The notes under the pieces are model-generated. The model saw nothing but the letters and a program-made list of their open reading frames with translations, did no database searches and was not told the DNA's origin. A program made the position numbers and the translations under genes. From Fimbriimonadales bacterium (GTDB lineage Bacteria; Armatimonadota; Fimbriimonadia; Fimbriimonadales; JABRVX01): a stretch of 64,000 bases of DNA. Numbering within the stretch: the stretch's first letter is position 1; the number at the start of each line of letters is the position of its first letter. Of the stretch, positions 61,356-64,000 are shown piece after piece. The DNA is taken from the NCBI GenBank assembly GCA_045862955.1, contig BTVI01000003.1, positions 47,552-111,551 of the forward strand, read 5' to 3'.

Positions 61356-61545
61356 GTCACGCTGGACCTAGCGTCACGCTGAGCCTAACGTCATGCTAGA
61401 CCTAACGTCATCCTGAGGCGAAGGTCACTCTGAGCCTAGCGTCATGCTGAGCCTGCCGAAGCATGCGACCGCTAGCCGCACGCTTTCAAATGCACTAAGT
61501 AGCTCTGGCACTCACAGATGCACGCTTCGACAGGCTCAGTATGAC
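61356..61545. repeat. Five degenerate 17-bp tandem units followed by a 105-bp inverted-repeat element (61441-61545)
   Basis: GTCACGCTGGACCTAGC, GTCACGCTGAGCCTAAC, GTCATGCTAGACCTAAC, GTCATCCTGAGGCGAAG, GTCACTCTGAGCCTAGC, then GTCATGCTGAGCCTGCCGAAGCATG. Confidence 0.88.
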
Positions 61546-62070
61546 TGTCCCGAACGGCTGCACGTTCTCACTGACCCATGCTCTGCGAGTGTCGAGCTGC
61601 AAGGTGTCACCGCGCAAGCCACTGACGATTATCCTAGCTCTGCCAAATGGGGACGAATTGAGTTGGATTGCGAGTCGGGAAGCACTGCACGATCCCTAGG
61701 CAGATCGCCGGGTTCTGGCGACGGGTGCCATCAACCCAGTACACCTACGATTGTCTGGCCAGAACCTTTGCGGTTAGCATCTGCCGTAGCCCGCCATTGT
61801 AGTCCTGTTGACCTGGGTGGACCGACGACACGGAGCTGGACTTGTTTGTCACGCAGGTCAGTAAAGGAGAGAGCACCGCGCGGAGCCGCACAACGCCCCG
61901 CAATCCCCTCCTTGGCCGATCCGCGCCTTTACGTGCCTCCGGCCCGTACCGCTCGGTCCACCCTCTTTCGCCACACCTTCAGAGAGCGGGGAGGTCCGCA
62001 GTCCTGCGAGGGGCGCCGTGACGCGCTCTGCACATCGCAAGAGGCAACGAAGCCACTCTGACCGGCCAAC

Positions 62071-62098
62071 GGGGGCCGCCCTGGTCTGGGCGGCCCCT
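62071..62098 (-). terminator. Hairpin downstream of guaB
   Basis: GGGGCCGCCC-TGGTCT-GGGCGGCCCC. Confidence 0.55.
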
Positions 62099-62112
62099 GT
62101 TGCCACAGCGCC

Positions 62113-63630
62113 CTACTCGCCCGTCTCCGCGCCGGTCCACCAGGCCGAGTAGTTCGGAGGCTCTTTCGTCACCCACACGTCGTGCACGTGGCTCTCACGA
62201 AGGCCCGCGTTCGTGATCCGGGTGAAGACGGCACGCTCCCGCAACTCGTTCAGGTCTCTGGCTCCCACGTAACCCATACCGGAGCGGATGCCACCTGCGA
62301 GCTGCGTGATGGTTTCGGACATCGGGCCGCGGTACGGCACTCGGCCTTCCACGCCCTCCGGAACGATCTTGCCGCCCGCAGTCTGACCGTAGCGGTCCAT
62401 GCCGCCCTGCCGCATCGCGCCGATGGAGCCCATCCCCCGATACACCTTGTACGCCCGGTTGCGATACATTTCGATCTCGCCCGGCGACTCATCGCATCCT
62501 GCGAGCATGTTGCCGAGCATAACGCTCGATGCACCCGCCGCGAGGCTCTTCACAATGTCGCCGCTCGAGCGAACGCCGCCGTCTGCGATGATGGGCACTC
62601 CGAACTTGGCAGCGGCCTCTGCGCAATCCAAAAGCGCGGAAAGCTGAGGAACACCGACTCCCGCCACGATGCGCGTGGTGCAGATGGAGCCGGCACCGAT
62701 GCCGACCCGTATCGCGTCGGCGCCCCGTTCGATCAGCGCGAGTGTCGCCTCGGCGGTCGCCGCATTTCCGCCTACGACGATCATGTCCGGCAGAGCGCGC
62801 TTGATCGCCGCCACCGCGTCCAACACGCCCTTCGAGTGCCCGTGCGCCGCATCCACCACGACAAAGTCGACCCCCGCATCGGCAAGTGCCTTTGCGCGCT
62901 CCACCGGAGCCGTCATCGGCCCCACCGCTGCTCCCACGCACAGACGTCCCTTCGAGTCCTTCGTCGCGTTGGGGAACTGCCGCAGCTTCAGCAGGTCCTT
63001 GATGGTGATCAGCCCGCACAACCGAAAGTTCTCATCCACGATCGGCAGTTTCTCGATGCGGTGCTCCTGCAGCATCTGTTGGGCTTGCTCTAGGGTGGTA
63101 CCTACGGGTGCGGTGATGAGGTTCTCGGTGGTCATTCGCGAGCGTATCGGCCCGCTAAAGTCGGTCTCGAAGCGAATGTCGCGGTTGGTAAGGATGCCGA
63201 CCAGGCGGCCACTATCATCAGTGACGGGCACGCCGGAAATGTGGTAGCGCTCCATCATCTCCTTGGCCTCTCTCAACGGCCGGTCGGGAGAGAGATGGAA
63301 CGGATCGACGATAACACCCGACTCCGACCGCTTCACTCGATCCACCTCTTCGGCCTGCACGTCGGGCGGAAGGTTGCGGTGGATTACACCCACGCCCCCC
63401 TCGCGCGCCAGCGCAATGGCCATGCGGCTCTCGGTCACGGTGTCCATCGGGCTGCTGACGATGGGGAGGTGCAGACGGATGCTCCCGGCAAGAGTCGTCG
63501 CCGTGCTGACTTCGCTAGGAAGCACCTCGGCGTCGCGAGGTTGAAGAAGTACGTCGTCGAAGCTTAGGCCGAGCGGGAAGTCCCTAGCCACGAAGCCCTC
63601 CAAGCTTTTCGTCGCATTGTAGCCCGACAC
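62113..63630 (-). CDS. guaB: IMP dehydrogenase with CBS pair
   Basis: SFDDVLL, PMDTVTE, GIGAGSICTTR, IADGG, YRGMGS, PEGVEG. Confidence 0.97.
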   Translation of the reverse strand: MSGYNATKSLEGFVARDFPLGLSFDDVLLQPRDAEVLPSEVSTATTLAGSIRLHLPIVSSPMDTVTESRMAIALAREGGVGVIHRNLPPDVQAEEVDRVKRSESGVIVDPFHLSPDRPLREAKEMMERYHISGVPVTDDSGRLVGILTNRDIRFETDFSGPIRSRMTTENLITAPVGTTLEQAQQMLQEHRIEKLPIVDENFRLCGLITIKDLLKLRQFPNATKDSKGRLCVGAAVGPMTAPVERAKALADAGVDFVVVDAAHGHSKGVLDAVAAIKRALPDMIVVGGNAATAEATLALIERGADAIRVGIGAGSICTTRIVAGVGVPQLSALLDCAEAAAKFGVPIIADGGVRSSGDIVKSLAAGASSVMLGNMLAGCDESPGEIEMYRNRAYKVYRGMGSIGAMRQGGMDRYGQTAGGKIVPEGVEGRVPYRGPMSETITQLAGGIRSGMGYVGARDLNELRERAVFTRITNAGLRESHVHDVWVTKEPPNYSAWWTGAETGE

Positions 63631-63791
63631 CTACCCGCTGGTCAATCAGGACCCCGGCCCGCTCCCTGAAGCCTGCCACACCTCTGTCCGCCCTCATTGT
63701 ATGCCCTCGTCCGTATGCCCGCACCCACTAAGCGCACCGAGCGACCCCGAGGACCGCGCCGGGGCATGGAGTACCCGCCACACTCCTGCCC

Positions 63792-63896
63792 GTCATGCTG
63801 AGCTTGTCGAAGCATGAGGGCGACAGAGGGAAACGTCCCTGCTGAACCAAAAGGCGGGCGGCAGGCGGGGTCATGCTTCGACAGGCTCAGCATGAC
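63792..63896. repeat. 105-bp inverted-repeat element
   Basis: GTCATGCTGAGCTTGTCGAAGCATG-N55-CATGCTTCGACAGGCTCAGCATGAC. Confidence 0.92.
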
Positions 63897-64000
63897 GGTT
63901 TGGGACGCTGCGGGTGCGATGCCTCCTTCATTCCATGCCCCGGCCCGCGTCCGCCGCATTCCTCCAACCCGCCGCACACCACCAACCCAAGGACCGCGCC

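Noticed and set aside
61546..62070. ORF 61444-62061 or a gene remnant
   Set aside because: Starts inside the repeat arm; composition is not protein-like and no motif was recognised.

Overview
GC-rich bacterial chromosomal window. Three prepilin-type/H-X9-DG proteins, a PEP-CTERM protein, lpxK/kdsB and many secreted CAZymes point to a diderm lineage such as Armatimonadota (inference). Housekeeping genes: fabG-acpP-fabF, uvrA, kdsB, lpxK, mtaB, HIT, acs, tRNA-Gln-glmU-prs, kbl, guaB. Also present: a HypD-type glycyl radical enzyme with its activase, sugar ABC components, GH116/GH172/GH65/GH97 enzymes and a clostripain-like lipoprotein. Best leads: (1) a HicA-HicB-SecB-like toxin-antitoxin-chaperone operon with a long antitoxin tail and a palindromic operator (31394-32800); (2) six dispersed elements of exactly 105 bp (25-bp inverted repeats around a variable 55-bp core), three of them abutted by short tandem arrays; (3) a promoter-driven small transcript with an unusually long Shine-Dalgarno, a 13-codon ORF and alternative folds upstream of kdsB; (4) a leader-peptide attenuator ahead of an ABC exporter operon containing two acetyltransferases. 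No CRISPR array, transposase or integrase was recognised. All calls come from reading motifs; no database searches were run.
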